Shown: positions 42,901 through 57,900 of the stretch, one piece after another
Position numbering within the stretch: position 1 is the stretch's first letter
How the letters are laid out: every line of letters begins with the position of its first letter
Origin: the human T2T-CHM13v2.0 reference genome, Homo sapiens
Length of the DNA: 64,000 nucleotides
Direction: 5' to 3' (one strand)
Assembly: GCF_009914755.1 (NCBI RefSeq)
Contig: NC_060942.1
Notes under the pieces: model-generated
What the model was told of the DNA's origin: nothing
What the model saw: the letters and a program-made list of their open reading frames with translations, nothing else
The model's database searches: none
Made by a program: the position numbers and the translations under genes

Positions 42901-45900
42901 CGCTTTCAGGGCTAAGGTGAAAAAGGAAATATCTTCCCATAAAAACTGGACAGAAGCATTCTCAGAAACTTGTCCATGCTGTATCTACTCAACTAACAAA
43001 GTTGAACCTTTCTTTTGATAGAGCAGTTTTGAAATGCTCTTTTTCTGGAATCTGCAAGTGGATATTTGGCTAGTTTCGAGGATTTCGTTGGAAGCGGGAA
43101 TTCATACGAATTGCAGACTGCAGCGTTCTGAGAAACATCTTTGTGATGTTTGTATTCAGGACACAGGGTTGAACATTACCTATCGTAGAGCAGGTTGGAA
43201 TCACTCCTTTTGTAGTATCTGGAAGTGGCCATTTGGAGCGCTTTCAGGCCTATGTTGAAAAAGGAAATATCTTCCCAAAACAACTAGACAGAAGCATTCT
43301 CAGAAACTTGTTTGTGATGTGTGCCCTCTACTGACAGAGTTGAACCTTTCCTTTCATAGAGCAGTTTCGAAACACTCTTTGTGTAGAATCTGCAAGAGGA
43401 TATTTGCATAAGTTTGAGGATTTCGTTGGAAACGGGATTGTCTTCAGGTAAAATCAAGACAGAAGCATTCTCAGAAACTTCTTTGGGATGTTTGCATTCA
43501 AGTCACAGAGGAGAACATTCCCTTTGGTAGAGCAGGTTTGAAACACTCTTTTTGTAGTATCTGGAAGTGGACATTTGGAGCGCTTCCAGTCCTACGTTGG
43601 AAAAGGAAATATCTTCCCATAACAACTAGACAGAAGCCTTCTCAGAAACTAGTTTCTGAGGTGTGTCCTCAACTAACAGAGTTGAACCTTTCTTTTGACA
43701 GACCAGTTTTGAAACACTCTTTTTGAGGAATCTGCAAGTGGATATTTGGCTAGATTTGAGGATTTCGTTGGACACGGGATTACGAATAAAAAGCAGACAG
43801 CAGCATTCTCAGAAACTTCTTTGTGGTGATTGCATTCAAGTCACAGAATTGAACATTCCCTTTCACAGAGCAGGTTTGAAACACTCTTTTGTAGTGTCTG
43901 TAAGTGGACATTTGGAGCGCTTTCCGGCCTCAGGTGAAAAAGGAAATATCTTCCCATAAAAACTAGACAGAAGCATTCTCAGAAACGTACTCTTGATGTG
44001 TGTCCTCAACTAAAGGAGTAGAACCTTTCTTTTCATAGAGAAGTTTTGAAACGCTCTTTTTGTGGAATCTGCAAGTGGATATTTGGCTAGTTTTGAGGAT
44101 TTCGTTGGAAGCGGGAATTCATGCAAATTGCAGACTGCAGCGTTCTGAGAAACATCTTTGTGATGTTTGTATTTAGGACACAGAGTTGAACATTCCCTAT
44201 CATAGAGCAGGTTGGAATCACTCCTTTTGTGGTATCTGGAAGTGGACGTTTGGAGCGCTTTCAGGCCTATGTTGGAAAAGGAAATATCCTCCCATAACAG
44301 CTAGACAGAAGCATTCTCAGAAACCTATTTGAGATGTGTGTACTCAACTAGGAGAATTGAACCGCCGTTTTGAAGGAGCAGTTTTGAAACACTCTTTTTC
44401 TAGGATCTGCAAGTGGATATTTGGCTAGCTTTGGGGATTTCGCTGGAAGCGGGAATACATATAAAAAGCACACAGCAGCGTTCTGAGAAACTGCTTTCTG
44501 ATGTTTGCATTCAAGTCAAAAGTTGAACACTCCCTTTCATAGAGCAGGCCTGAAACACCCCTTTTGTAGTATCTGGAAGTGGACATTTGGAGCGCTTTCA
44601 GGGCTAAGGTGAAAAAGGAAATATCTTCCCATAAAAACTGGACAGAAGCATTCTCAGAAACTTGTCCATGCTGTATCTACTCAACTAACAAAGTTGAACC
44701 TTTCTTTTGATAGAGCAGTTTTGAAATGCTCTTTTTCTGGAATCTGCAAGTGGATATTTGGCTAGTTTTGAGGATTTCGTTGGAAGCGGGAATTCATACG
44801 AATTGCAGACTGCAGCGTTCTGAGAAACATCTTTGTGATGTTTGTATTCAGGACACAGGGTTGAACATTACCTATCGTAGAGCAGGTTGGAATCACTCCT
44901 TTTGTAGTATCTGGAAGTGGCCATTTGGAGCGCTTTCAGGCCTATGTTGAAAAAGGAAATATCTTCCCAAAACAACTAGACAGAAGCATTCTCAGAAACT
45001 TGTTTGTGATGTGTGCCCTCTACTGACAGAGTTGAACCTTTCCTTTCATAGAGCAGTTTCGAAACACTCTTTTTGTAGAATCTGCAAGAGGATATTTGCA
45101 TAAGTTTGAGGATTTCGTTGGAAACGGGATTGTCTTCAGGTAAAATCAAGACAGAAGCATTCTCAGAAACTTCTTTGGGATGTTTGCATTCAAGTCACAG
45201 AGGAGAACATTCCCTTTGGTAGAGCAGGTTTGAAACACTCTTTTTGTAGTATCTGGAAGTGGACATTTGGAGCGCTTCCAGTCCTACGTTGGAAAAGGAA
45301 ATATCTTCCCATAACAACTAGACAGAAGCCTTCTCAGAAACTAGTTTCTGAGGTGTGTCCTCAACTAACAGAGTTGAACCTTTCTTTTGACAGACCAGTT
45401 TTGAAACACTCTTTTTGAGGAATCTGCAAGTGGATATTTGGCTAGATTTGAGGATTTCGTTGGACACGGGATTACGAATAAAAAGCAGACAGCAGCATTC
45501 TCAGAAACTTCTTTGTGGTGATTGCATTCAAGTCACAGAATTGAACATTCCCTTTCACAGAGCAGGTTTGAAACACTCTTTTGTAGTGTCTGTAAGTGGA
45601 CATTTGGAGCGCTTTCCGGCCTCAGGTGAAAAAGGAAATATCTTCCCATAAAAACTAGACAGAAGCATTCTCAGAAACTTACTCGTGATGGGTGTCCTCA
45701 ACTAAAGGAGTAGAACCTTTCTTTTCATAGAGAAGTTTTGAAACGCTCTTTTTGTGGAATCTGCAAGTGGATATTTGGCTAGTTTTGAGGATTTCGTTGG
45801 AAGCGGGAATTCATGCAAATTGCAGACTGCAGCGTTCTGAGAAACATCTTTGTGATGTTTGTATTTAGGACACAGAGTTGAACATTCCCTATCATAGAGC

Positions 45901-48900
45901 AGGTTGGAATCACTCCTTTTGTGGTATCTGGAAGTGGACGTTTGGAGCGCTTTCAGGCCTATGTTGGAAAAGGAAATATCCTCCCATAACAGCTAGACAG
46001 AAGCATTCTCAGAAACCTATTTGAGATGTGTGTACTCAACTAGGAGAATTGAACCGCCGTTTTGAAGGAGCAGTTTTGAAACACTCGTTTTCTGGAATCT
46101 GCAAGTGGATATTTGGCTAGCTTTGGGGATTTCGCTGGAAGCGGGAATACATATAAAAAGCACACAGCAGCGTTCTGAGAAACTGCTTTCTGATGTTTGC
46201 ATTCAAGTCAAAAGTTGAACACTCCCTTTCATAGAGCAGGCCTGAAACACCCCTTTTGTAGAATCTGGAAGTGGACATTTGGAGCGCTTTCAGGGCTAAG
46301 GTGAAAAAGGAAATATCTTCCCATAAAAACTGGACAGAAGCATTCTCAGAAACTTGTCCATGCTGTATCTACTCAACTAACAAAGTTGAACCTTTCTTTT
46401 GATAGAGCAGTTTTGAAATGCTCTTTTTCTGGAATCTGCAAGTGGATATTTGGCTAGTTTTGAGGATTTCGTTGGAAGCGGGAATTCATACGAATTGCAG
46501 ACTGCAGCGTTCTGAGAAACATCTTTGTGATGTTTGTATTCAGGACACAGAGTTGAACATTCCCTATCGTAGAGCAGGTTGGAATCACTCCTTTTGTAGT
46601 ATCTGGAAGTGGACATTTGGAGCGCTTTCAGGCCTATGTTGAAAAAGAAATATCTTCCCAAAACAACTAGACAGAAGCATTCTCAGAAACTTGTTCGTGA
46701 TATGTGCCCTCTACTGACAGAGTTGAACCTTTCCTTTCATAGAGCAGTTTCCAAACACTCTTTGTGTAGAATCTGCAAGAGGATATTTGCATAGCTTTGA
46801 GGATTTCGTTGGAAACGGGATTGTCTTCAGGAAAAATCTAGACAGAAGCATTCTCAGAAACTTGTTTGGGATGTTTGCATTCAAGTCACAGAGTAGAACA
46901 TTCCCTTTGGTAGAGCAGGTTTGAAACACTCTTTTTGTAGTATCTGGAAGTGGACATTTGGAGCGCTTTCAGGCCTACGTTGGAAAAGGAAATATCTTCC
47001 CATAACAACTAGACAGAAGCCTTCTCAGAAACTAGTTTCTGATGTGTGTCCTCAACTAACAGAGTTGAACCTTTCTTTTGACAGAACAGTTTAGAAACAC
47101 TCTTTTTGAGGAATCTGCAAGTGGATATTTGGCTAGATTTGAGGATTTCGTTGGACACGGGATTACATATAAAAAGCAGACAGCAGCATTCTCAGAAACT
47201 TCTTTGTGGTGGTTGCATTCAAGTCACAGAATTGAACATTCCCTTTCACAGAGCAGGTTTGAAACACTCTTTTGTAGTGTCTGTAAGTGGACATTTGGAG
47301 CGCTTTCCGGCCTCAGGTGAAAAAGGAAATATCTTCCCATAAAAACTAGACAGAAGCATTCTCAGAAACTGACTGGTGATGTGTGTCCTCAACTAAAGGA
47401 GTAGAACCTTTCTTTTCATAGAGAAGTTTTGAAACGCTCTTTTTGTGGAATCTGCAAGTGGATATTTGGCTAGTTTTGAGGATTTCGTTGGAATCGAGAA
47501 TTCATACAAATTGCAGACTGCAGCGTTCTGAGAAACATCTTTGTGATGTTTGTATTCAGGACACAGAGTTGAACATTCCCTATCATAGAGCAGGTTGGAA
47601 TCACTCCTTTTGTCGTATCTGGATGTGGACGCTTGGAGCGCTTTCAGGCCTATGTTGGAAAAGGAAATATACTCCCATAACAGCTAGACAGAAGCATTCT
47701 CAGAAACCTATTTGAGATGTGTGTACTCAACTAGGAGAATTGAACCACCGTTTTGAAGGAGCAGTTTTGAAACACTCTTTTTCTAGGATCTGCAAGTGGA
47801 TATTTGGCTAGCTTTGGGGATTTCGCTGGAAGCGGGAATACATATAAAAAGCACACAGCAGCGTTCTGAGAAACTGCTTTCTGATGTTTGCATTCAAGTC
47901 AAAAGTTGAACACTCCCTTTCATAGAGCAGGCCTGAAACACCCCTTTTGTAGTATCTGGAAGTGGACATTTGGAGCGCTTTCAGGGCTAAGGTGAAAAAG
48001 GAAATATCTTCCCATAAAAACTGGACAGAAGCATTCTCAGAAACTTGTCCATGCTGTATCTACTCAACTAACAAAGTTGAACCTTTCTTTTGATAGAGCA
48101 GTTTTGAAATGCTCTTTTTCTGGAATCTGCAAGTGGATATTTGGCTAGTTTTGAGGATTTCGTTGGAAGCGGGAATTCATACGAATTGCAGACTGCAGCG
48201 TTCTGAGAAACATCTTTGTGATGTTTGTATTCAGGACACAGGGTTGAACATTACCTATCGTAGAGCAGGTTGGAATCACTCCTTTTGTAGTATCTGGAAG
48301 TGGCCATTTGGAGTGCTTTCAGGCCTATGTTGAAAAAGGAAATATCTTCCCAAAACAACTAGACAGAAGCATTCTCAGAAACTTGTTTGTGATGTGTGCC
48401 CTCTACTGACAGAGTTGAACCTTTCCTTTCATAGAGCAGTTTCGAAACACTCTTTGTGTAGAATCTGCAAGAGGATATTTGCATAAGTTTGAGGATTTCG
48501 TTGGAAACGGGATTGTCTTCAGGTAAAATCAAGACAGAAGCATTCTCAGAAACTTCTTTGGGATGTTTGCATTCAAGTCACAGAGGAGAACATTCCCTTT
48601 GGTAGAGCAGGTTTGAAACACTCTTTTTGTAGTATCTGGAAGTGGACATTTGGAGCGCTTCCAGTCCTACGTTGGAAAAGGAAATATCTTCCCATAACAA
48701 CTAGACAGAAGCCTTCTCAGAAACTAGTTTCTGACGTGTGTCCTCAACTAACAGAGTTGAACCTTTCTTTTGACAGACCAGTTTTGAAACACTCTTTTTG
48801 AGGAATCTGCAAGTGGATATTTGGCTAGATTTGAGGATTTCGTTGGACACGGGATTACGAATAAAAAGCAGACAGCAGCATTCTCAGAAACTTCTTTGTG

Positions 48901-51900
48901 GTGATTGCATTCAAGTCACAGAATTGAACATTCCCTTTCACAGAGCAGGTTTGAAACACTCTTTTGTAGTGTCTGTAAGTGGACATTTGGAGCGCTTTCC
49001 GGCCTCAGGTGAAAAAGGAAATATCTTCCCATAAAAACTAGACAGAAGCATTCTCAGAAACTTACTCGTGATGGGTGTCCTCAACTAAAGGAGTAGAACC
49101 TTTCTTTTCATAGAGAAGTTTTGAAACGCTCTTTTTGTGGAATCTGCAAGTGGATATTTGGCTAGTTTTGAGGATTTCGTTGGAAGCGGGAATTCATGCA
49201 AATTGCAGACTGCAGCGTTCTGAGAAACATCTTTGTGATGTTTGTATTTAGGACACAGAGTTGAACATTCCCTATCATAGAGCAGGTTGGAATCACTCCT
49301 TTTGTGGTATCTGGAAGTGGACGTTTGGAGCGCTTTCAGGCCTATGTTGGAAAAGGAAATATCCTCCCATAACAGCTAGACAGAAGCATTCTCAGAAACC
49401 TATTTGAGATGTGTGTACTCAACTAGGAGAATTGAACCGCCGTTTTGAAGGAGCAGTTTTGAAACACTCGTTTTCTGGAATCTGCAAGTGGATATTTGGC
49501 TAGCTTTGGGGATTTCGCTGGAAGCGGGAATACATATAAAAAGCACACAGCAGCGTTCTGAGAAACTGCTTTCTGATGTTTGCATTCAAGTCAAAAGTTG
49601 AACACTCCCTTTCATAGAGCAGGCCTGAAACACCCCTTTTGTAGAATCTGGAAGTGGACATTTGGAGCGCTTTCAGGGCTAAGGTGAAAAAGGAAATATC
49701 TTCCCATAAAAACTGGACAGAAGCATTCTCAGAAACTTGTCCATGCTGTATCTACTCAACTAACAAAGTTGAACCTTTCTTTTGATAGAGCAGTTTTGAA
49801 ATGCTCTTTTTCTGGAATCTGCAAGTGGATATTTGGCTAGTTTTGAGGATTTCGTTGGAAGCGGGAATTCATACGAATTGCAGACTGCAGCGTTCTGAGA
49901 AACATCTTTGTGATGTTTGTATTCAGGACACAGAGTTGAACATTCCCTATCGTAGAGCAGGTTGGAATCACTCCTTTTGTAGTATCTGGAAGTGGACATT
50001 TGGAGCGCTTTCAGGCCTATGTTGAAAAAGAAATATCTTCCCAAAACAACTAGACAGAAGCATTCTCAGAAACTTGTTTGTGATGTGTGCCCTCTACTGA
50101 CAGAGTTGAACCTTTCCTTTCATAGAGCAGTTTCGAAACACTCTTTGTGTAGAATCTGCAAGAGGATATTTGCATAAGTTTGAGGATTTCGTTGGAAACG
50201 GGATTGTCTTCAGGTAAAATCAAGACAGAAGCATTCTCAGAAACTTCTTTGGGATGTTTGCATTCAAGTCACAGAGTAGAACATTCCCTTTGGTAGAGCA
50301 GGTTTGAAACACTCTTTTTGTAGTATCTGGAAGTGGACATTTGGAGCGCTTTCAGGCCTACGTTGGAAAAGGAAATATCTTCCCATAACAACTAGACAGA
50401 AGCATTCTCAGAAACCAGTTTCTGATGTGGGTCCTCAACTAACAGAGTTGAACCTTTCTTTTGACAGACCAGTTTTGAAACACTCTTTTTGAGGAATCTG
50501 CAAGTGGATATTTGGCTAGATTTGAGGATTTCGTTGGACACGGGATTACCTATAAAAAGCAGACAGCAGCATTCTCAGAAACTTCTTTGTGGTGATTGCA
50601 TTCAAGTCACAGAATTGAACATTCCCTTTCACAGAGCAGGTTTGAAACACTCTTTTGTAGTGTCTGTAAGTGGACATTTGGAGCGCTTTCCGGCCTCAGG
50701 TGAAAAAGGAAATATCTTCCCATAAAAACTAGACAGAAGCATTCTCAGAAACTTACTCGTGATGTGTGTCCTCAACTAAAGGAGTAGAACCTTTCTTTTC
50801 ATAGAGAAGTTTTGAAACGCTCTTTTTGTGGAATCTGCAAGTGGATATTTGGCTAGTTTTGAGGATTTCGTTGGAAGCGGGAATTCATGCAAATTGCAGA
50901 CTGCAGCGTTCTGAGAAACATCTTTGAGATGTTTGTATTCAGGACACAGAGTTGAACATTCCCTATCATAGAGCAGGTTGGAATCACTGCTTTTGTGGTA
51001 TCTGGAAGTGGACGTTTGGAGCGCTTTCAGGCCTATGTTGGAAAAGGAAATATCCTCCCATAACAGCTAGACAGAAGCATTCTCAGAAACCTATTTGAGA
51101 TGTGTGTACTCAACTAGGAGAATTGAACCGCCGTTTTGAAGGAGCAGTTTTGAAACACTCGTTTTCTGGAATCTGCAAGTGGATATTTGGCTAGCTTTGG
51201 GGATTTCGCTGGAAGCGGGAATACATATAAAAAGCACACAGCAGCGTTCTGAGAAACTGCTTTCTGATATTTGCATTCAAGTCAAAAGTTGAACACTCCC
51301 TTTCATAGAGCAGGCCTGAAACACCCCTTTTGTAGTATCTGGAAGTGGACATTTGGAGCGCTTTCAGGGCTAAGGTGAAAAAGGAAATATCTTCCCATAA
51401 AAACTGGACAGAAGCATTCTCAGAAACTCGTCCATGCTGTATCTACTCAACTAACAAAGTTGAACCTTTCCTTTGATAGAGCAGTTTTGAAATGCTCTTT
51501 TTCTGGAATCTGCAAGTGGATATTTGGCTAGTTTTGAGGATTTCGTTGGAAGCGGGAATTCATACGAATTGCAGACTGCAGCGTTCTGAGAAACATCTTT
51601 GTGATGTTTGTATTCAGGACACAGGGTTGAACATTCCCTATCGTAGAGCAGGTTGGAATCACTCCTTTTGTAGTATCTGGAAGTGGACTTTTGGAGCGCT
51701 TTCAGGCCTATGTTGAAAAAGGATATATCTTCCCAAAACAACTAGACAGAAGCATTCTCAGAAACTTGTTTGTGATATGTGCCCTCTACTGACAGAGTTG
51801 AACCTTTCCTTTCATAGAGCAGTTTCCAAACACTCTTTGTGTAGAATCTGCAAGAGGATATTTGCATAGCTTTGAGGATTTCGTTGGAAACGGGATTGTC

Positions 51901-54900
51901 TTCAGGAAAAATCTAGACAGAAGCATTCTCAGAAACTTCTTTGGGATGTTTGCATTCAAGTCACAGAGTAGAACATTCCCTTTGGTAGAGCAGGTTTGAA
52001 ACACTCTTTTTGTAGTATCTGGAAGTGGACATTTGGAGCGCTTTCAGGCCTATGTTGGAAAAGGAAATATCTTCCCATAACAACTAGACAGAAGCATTCT
52101 CAGAAACCAGTTTCTGATGTGGGTCCTCAACTAACAGAGTTGAACCTTTCTTTTGACAGACCAGTTTTGAAACACTCTTTTTGAGGAATCTGCAAGTGGA
52201 TATTTGGCTAGATTTGAGGATTTCGTTTGAAACGGGATTACGTATAAAAAGCAGACAGCAGCATTCTCAGAAACTTCTTTGTGGTGATTGCATTCAAGTC
52301 ACAGAACTGAATATTCCGTTTCACAGAGCAGGTTTGAAACACTCTTTTGTAGTGTCTGTAAGTGGACATTTGGAGCGCTTTCCGGCCTCAGGTGAAAAAG
52401 GAAATATCTTCCCATAAAAACTAGACAGAAGCATTCTCAGAAACTTACTCGTGATGGGTGTCCTCAACTAAAGGAGTAGAACCTTTCTTTTCATAGAGAA
52501 GTTTTGAAACGCTCTTTTTGTGGAATCTGCAAGTGGATATTTGGCTAGTTTTGAGGATTTCGTTGGAATCGGGAATTCATACAAATTGCAGACTGCAGCG
52601 TTCTGAGAAACATCTTTGTGATGTTTGTATTCAGGACACAGAGTTGAACATTCCCTATCACAGAGCAGGTTGGAATCACTCCTTTTGTCGTATCTGGAAG
52701 TGGACGTTTGGAGCGCTTTCAGGCCTATGTTGGAAAAGGAAATATCCTCCCATAACAGCTAGACAGAAGCATTCTCAGAAACCTATTTGAGATGTGTGTA
52801 CTCAACTAGGAGAATTGAGCCACCGTTTTGACGGAGCAGTTTTGAAACACTCGTTTTCCGGAATCTGCAAGTGGATATTTGGCTAGCTTTGGGGATTTCG
52901 CTGGAAGCGGGAATACATATAAAAAGCACACAGCAGCGTTCTGAGAAACTGCTTTCTGATGTTTGCATTCAAGTCAAAAGTTGAACACTCCCTTTCATAG
53001 AGCAGGCCTGAAACACCCCTTTTGTAGTATCTGGAAGTGGACATTTGGAGCGCTTTCAGGGCTAAGGTGAAAAAGGAAATATCTTCCCATAAAAACTGGA
53101 CAGAAGCATTCTCAGAAACTTGTCCATGCTGTATCTACTCAACTAACAAAGTTGAACCTTTCGTTTGATAGAGCAGTTTTGAAATGCTCTTTTTCTGGAA
53201 TCTGCAAGTGTATATTTGGCTAGTTTTGAGGATTTCGTTGGAAGCGGGAATTCATACAAATTGCAGACTGCAGCGTTCTGAGAAACATCTTGGTGATGTT
53301 TTATTCAGGACACAGAGTTGGACATTCCCTATCGTAGAGCAGGTTGGAATCACTCCTTTTGTAGTATCTGGAAGTGGACATTTGGAGCGCCTTCAGGCCT
53401 ATGTTGAAAAAGGAAATATCTTCCCAAAACAACTAGACAGAAGCATTCTCAGAAACTTGTTGGTGATGTGTGCCCTCTACTGACAGAGTTGAACATTTCT
53501 TTTCATAGAGCAGTTTCGAAACACTCTTTTTGTAGAATCTGCAAGAGGATATTTGCATAGCTTTGAGGATTTCGTTGGAAACGGGATTGTCTTCAGGTAA
53601 AATCTAGACAGAAGCATTCTCAGAAACTTCCTTGGGATGTTTGCATTCAAGTCACAGAGTAGAACATTCCCTTTGGTAGAGCAGGTTTGAAACACTCTTT
53701 TTGTAGTATCTGGAAGTGGACATTTGGAGCGCTTTCAGGCCTACGTTGGAAAAGGAAATATCTTCCCATAACAACTAGACAGAAGCATTCTCAGAAACTA
53801 GTTTCTGATGTGTGTCCTCAACTAACAGAGTTGAACCTTTCTTTTGACAGAACAGTTTAGAAACACTCTTTTTGAGGAATCTGCAAGTGGATATTTGGCT
53901 AGATTTGAGGATTTCGTTGGAAACGGGATTACATATAAAAAGCAGACAGCAGCATTCTCAGAAACTTCTTCTGTGGTGATTGCATTCAAGTCACAGAACT
54001 GAACATTCCCTTTCAGAGAGCAGGTTTGAAACACTCTTTTGTAGTGTCTGTAAGTGGACATTTGGAGCGCTTTCCGGCCTCAGGTGAAAAAGGAAATATC
54101 TTCCCATAAAAACTAGACAGAAGCATTCTCAGAAACTGACTCGTGATGGGTGTCCTCAACTAAAGGAGTAGAACCCTTCTTTTCATAAAGAAGTTTTGAA
54201 ACGCTCTTTTTGTGGAATCTGCAAGTGGATATTTGGCTAGTTTTGAGGATTTCATTGGAAGCGGGAATTCATACAAATTGCAGACTGCAGCGTTCTGAGA
54301 AACATCTTTGTGATGTTTGTATTCAGGACACAGAGTTGAACATTCCCTATCATAGAGCAGGTTGGAATCACTCCTTTTGTCGTATCTGGAAGTGGACGTT
54401 TGGAGCGCTTTCAGGCCTATGTTGGAAAAGGAAATATCCTCCCATAACAGCTAGACAGAAGCATTCTCAGAAACCTATTTGAGATGTGTGTACTCAACTA
54501 GGAGAATTGAGCCACCGTTTTGACGGAGCAGTTTTGAAACACTCGTTTTCTGGAATCTGCAAGTGGATATTTGGCTAGCTTTGGGGATTTCGCTGGAAGC
54601 GGGAATACATATAAAAAGCACACAGCAGCGTTCTGAGAAACTGCTTTCTGATGTTTGCATTCAAGTCAAAAGTTGAACACTCCCTTTCATAGAGCAGGCC
54701 TGAAACACCCCTTTTGTAGTATCTGGAAGTGGACATTGGGAACGCTTTCAGGGCTAAGGTGAAAAAGGAAATATCTTCCCATAAAAACTGGACAGAAGCA
54801 TTCTCAGAAACTTGTCCATGCTGTATCTACTCAACTAACAAAGTTGAACCTTTCTTTTGATAGAGCAGTTTTGAAATGCTCTTTTTCTGGAATCTGCAAG

Positions 54901-57900
54901 TGTATATTTGGCTAGTTTTGAGGATTTCGTTGGAAGCGGGAATTCATACAAATTGCAGACTGCAGCGTTCTGAGAAACATCTTGGTGATGTTTTATTCAG
55001 GACACAGAGTTGGACATTCCCTATCGTAGAGCAGGTTGGAATCACTCCTTTTGTAGTATCTGGAAGTGGACATTTGGAGCGCCTTCAGGCCTATGTTGAA
55101 AAAGGAAATATCTTCCCAAAACAACTAGACAGAAGCATTCTCAGAAACTTGTTTGTGATGTGTGCCCTCTACTGACAGAGTTGAACATTTCTTTTCATAG
55201 AGCAGTTTCGAAACACTCTTTTTGTAGAATCTGCAAGAGGATATTTGCATAGCTTTGAGGATTTCGTTGGAAACGGGATTGTCTTCAGGTAAAATCTAGA
55301 CAGAAGCATTCTCAGAAACTTCCTTGGGATGTTTGCATTCAAGTCACAGAGTAGAACATTCCCTTTGGTAGAGCAGGTTTGAAACACTCTTTTTGTAGTA
55401 TCTGGAAGTGGACATTTGGAGCGCTTTCAGGCCTACGTTGGAAAAGGAAATATCTTCCCATAACAACTAGACAGAAGCCTTCTCAGAAACTAGTTTCTGA
55501 TGTGTGTCCTCAACTAACAGAGTTGAACGTTTCTTTTGACAGAACAGTTTAGAAACACTCTTTTTGAGGAATCTGCAAGTGGATATTTGGCTAGATTTGA
55601 GGATTTCGTTGGAAACGGGATTACATATAAAAAGCAGACAGCAGCATTCTCAGAAACTTCTTCTGTGGTGATTGCATTCAAGTCACAGAACTGAACATTC
55701 CCTTTCAGAGAGCAGGTTTGAAACACTCTTTTGTAGTGTCTGTAAGTGGACATTTGGAGCGCTTTCCGGCCTCAGGTGAAAAAGGAAATATCTTCCCATA
55801 AAAACTAGACAGAAGCATTCTCAGAAACTGACTCGTGATGGGTGTCCTCAACTAAAGGAGTAGAACCCTTCTTTTCATAAAGAAGTTTTGAAACGCTCTT
55901 TTTGTGGAATCTGCAAGTGGATATTTGGCTAGTTTTGAGGATTTCGTTGGAAGCGGGAATTCATACAAATTGCAGACTGCAGCGTTCTGAGAAACATCTT
56001 TGTGATGTTTGTATTCAGGACACAGAGTTGAACATTCCCTATCATAGAGCAGGTTGGAATCACTCCTTTTGTCGTATCTGGAAGTGGACGTTTGGAGCGC
56101 TTTCAGGCCTATGTTGGAAAAGGAAATATCCTCCCATAACAGCTAGACAGAAGCATTCTCAGAAACCTATTTGAGATGTGTGTACTCAACTAGGAGAATT
56201 GAGCCACCGTTTTGACGGAGCAGTTTTGAAACACTCGTTTTCTGGAATCTGCAAGTGGATATTTGGCTAGCTTTGGGGATTTCGCTGGAAGCGGGAATAC
56301 ATATAAAAAGCACACAGCAGCGTTCTGAGAAACTGCTTTCTGATGTTTGCATTCAAGTCAAAAGTTGAACACTCCCTTTCATAGAGCAGGCCTGAAACAC
56401 CCCTTTTGTAGTATCTGGAAGTGGACATTGGGAGCGCTTTCAGGGCTAAGGTGAAAAAGGAAATATCTTCCCATAAAAACTGGACAGAAGCATTCTCAGA
56501 AACTTGTCTATGCTGTATCTACTCAACTAACAAAGTTGAACCTTTCTTTTGATAGAGCAGTTTTGAAATGCTCTTTTTCTGGAATCTGCAAGTGGATATT
56601 TGGCTAGTTTTGAGGATTTCGTTGGAAGCGGGAATTCATACGAATTGCAGACTGCAGCGTTCTGAGAAACATCTTGGTGATGTTTGTATTCAGGACACAG
56701 AGTTGGACATTCCCTATCGTAGAGCAGGTTGGAATCAGTCCTTTTGTAGTATCTGGAAGTGGACATTTGGAGCGCTTTCAGGCCTATGTTGAAAAAGGAA
56801 ATATCTTCCCAAAACAACTAGACAGAAGCATTCTCAGAAACTTGTTTGTGATGTGTGCCCTCTACTGACAGAGTTGAACTTTTCTTTTCATAGAGCAGTT
56901 TCGATACACTCTTTTTGTAGAATCTGCAAGAGGATATTTGCATAGCTTTGAGGATTTCGTTGGAAACGGGATTGTCTTCAGGTAAAATCTAGACAGAAGC
57001 ATTCTCAGAAACTTCTTTGGGATGTTTGCATTCAAGTCACAGAGTAGAACATTCCCTTTGGTAGAGCAGGTTTGAAACACTCTTTTTGTAGTATCTGGAA
57101 GTGGACATTTGGAGCGCTTTCAGGCCTACGTTGGAAAAGGAAATATCTTCCCATAACAACTAGACAGAAGCCTTCTCAGAAACTAGTTTCTGATGTGTGT
57201 CCTCAACTAACAGAGTTGAACCTTTCTTTTGACAGAACAGTTTTGAAACACTCTTTTTGAGGAATCTGCAAGTGGATATTTGGCTAGATTTGAGGATTTC
57301 GTTGGAAACGGGATTACATATAAAAAGCAGACAGCAGCATTCTCAGAAACTTCTTTGTGGTGATTGCATTCAAGTCACAGAACTGAACATTCCCTTTCAC
57401 AGAGCAGGTTTGAAAAACTCTTTTGTAGTGTCTGTAAGTGGACATTTGGAGCGCTTTCCGGCCTCAGGTGAAAAAGGAAATATCTTCCCATAAAAACTAG
57501 ACAGAAGCATTCTCAGAAACTTACTCGTGATGTGTGTCCTCAACTAAAGGAGTAGAACCTTTCTTTTCATAGAGAAGTTTTGAAACGCTCTTTTTGTGGA
57601 ATCTGCAAGTGGATATTTTGCTAGTTTTGAGGATTTCGTTGAAATCGGGAATTCATACAAATTGCAGACTGCAGCGTTCTGAGAAACGTCTTTGTGATGT
57701 TTGTATTCAGGACACAGAGTTGAACATTCCCTGTCATAGAGCAGGTTGGAATCACTGCTTTTGTCGTATCTGGAAGTGGACGTTTGGAGCGCTTTCAGGA
57801 CTATGTTGGAAAAGGAAATATCCTCCCATAACAGCTAGACAGAAGCATTCTCAGAAACCTATTTGAGATGTGTGTACTCAACTAGGAGAATTGAACCACC

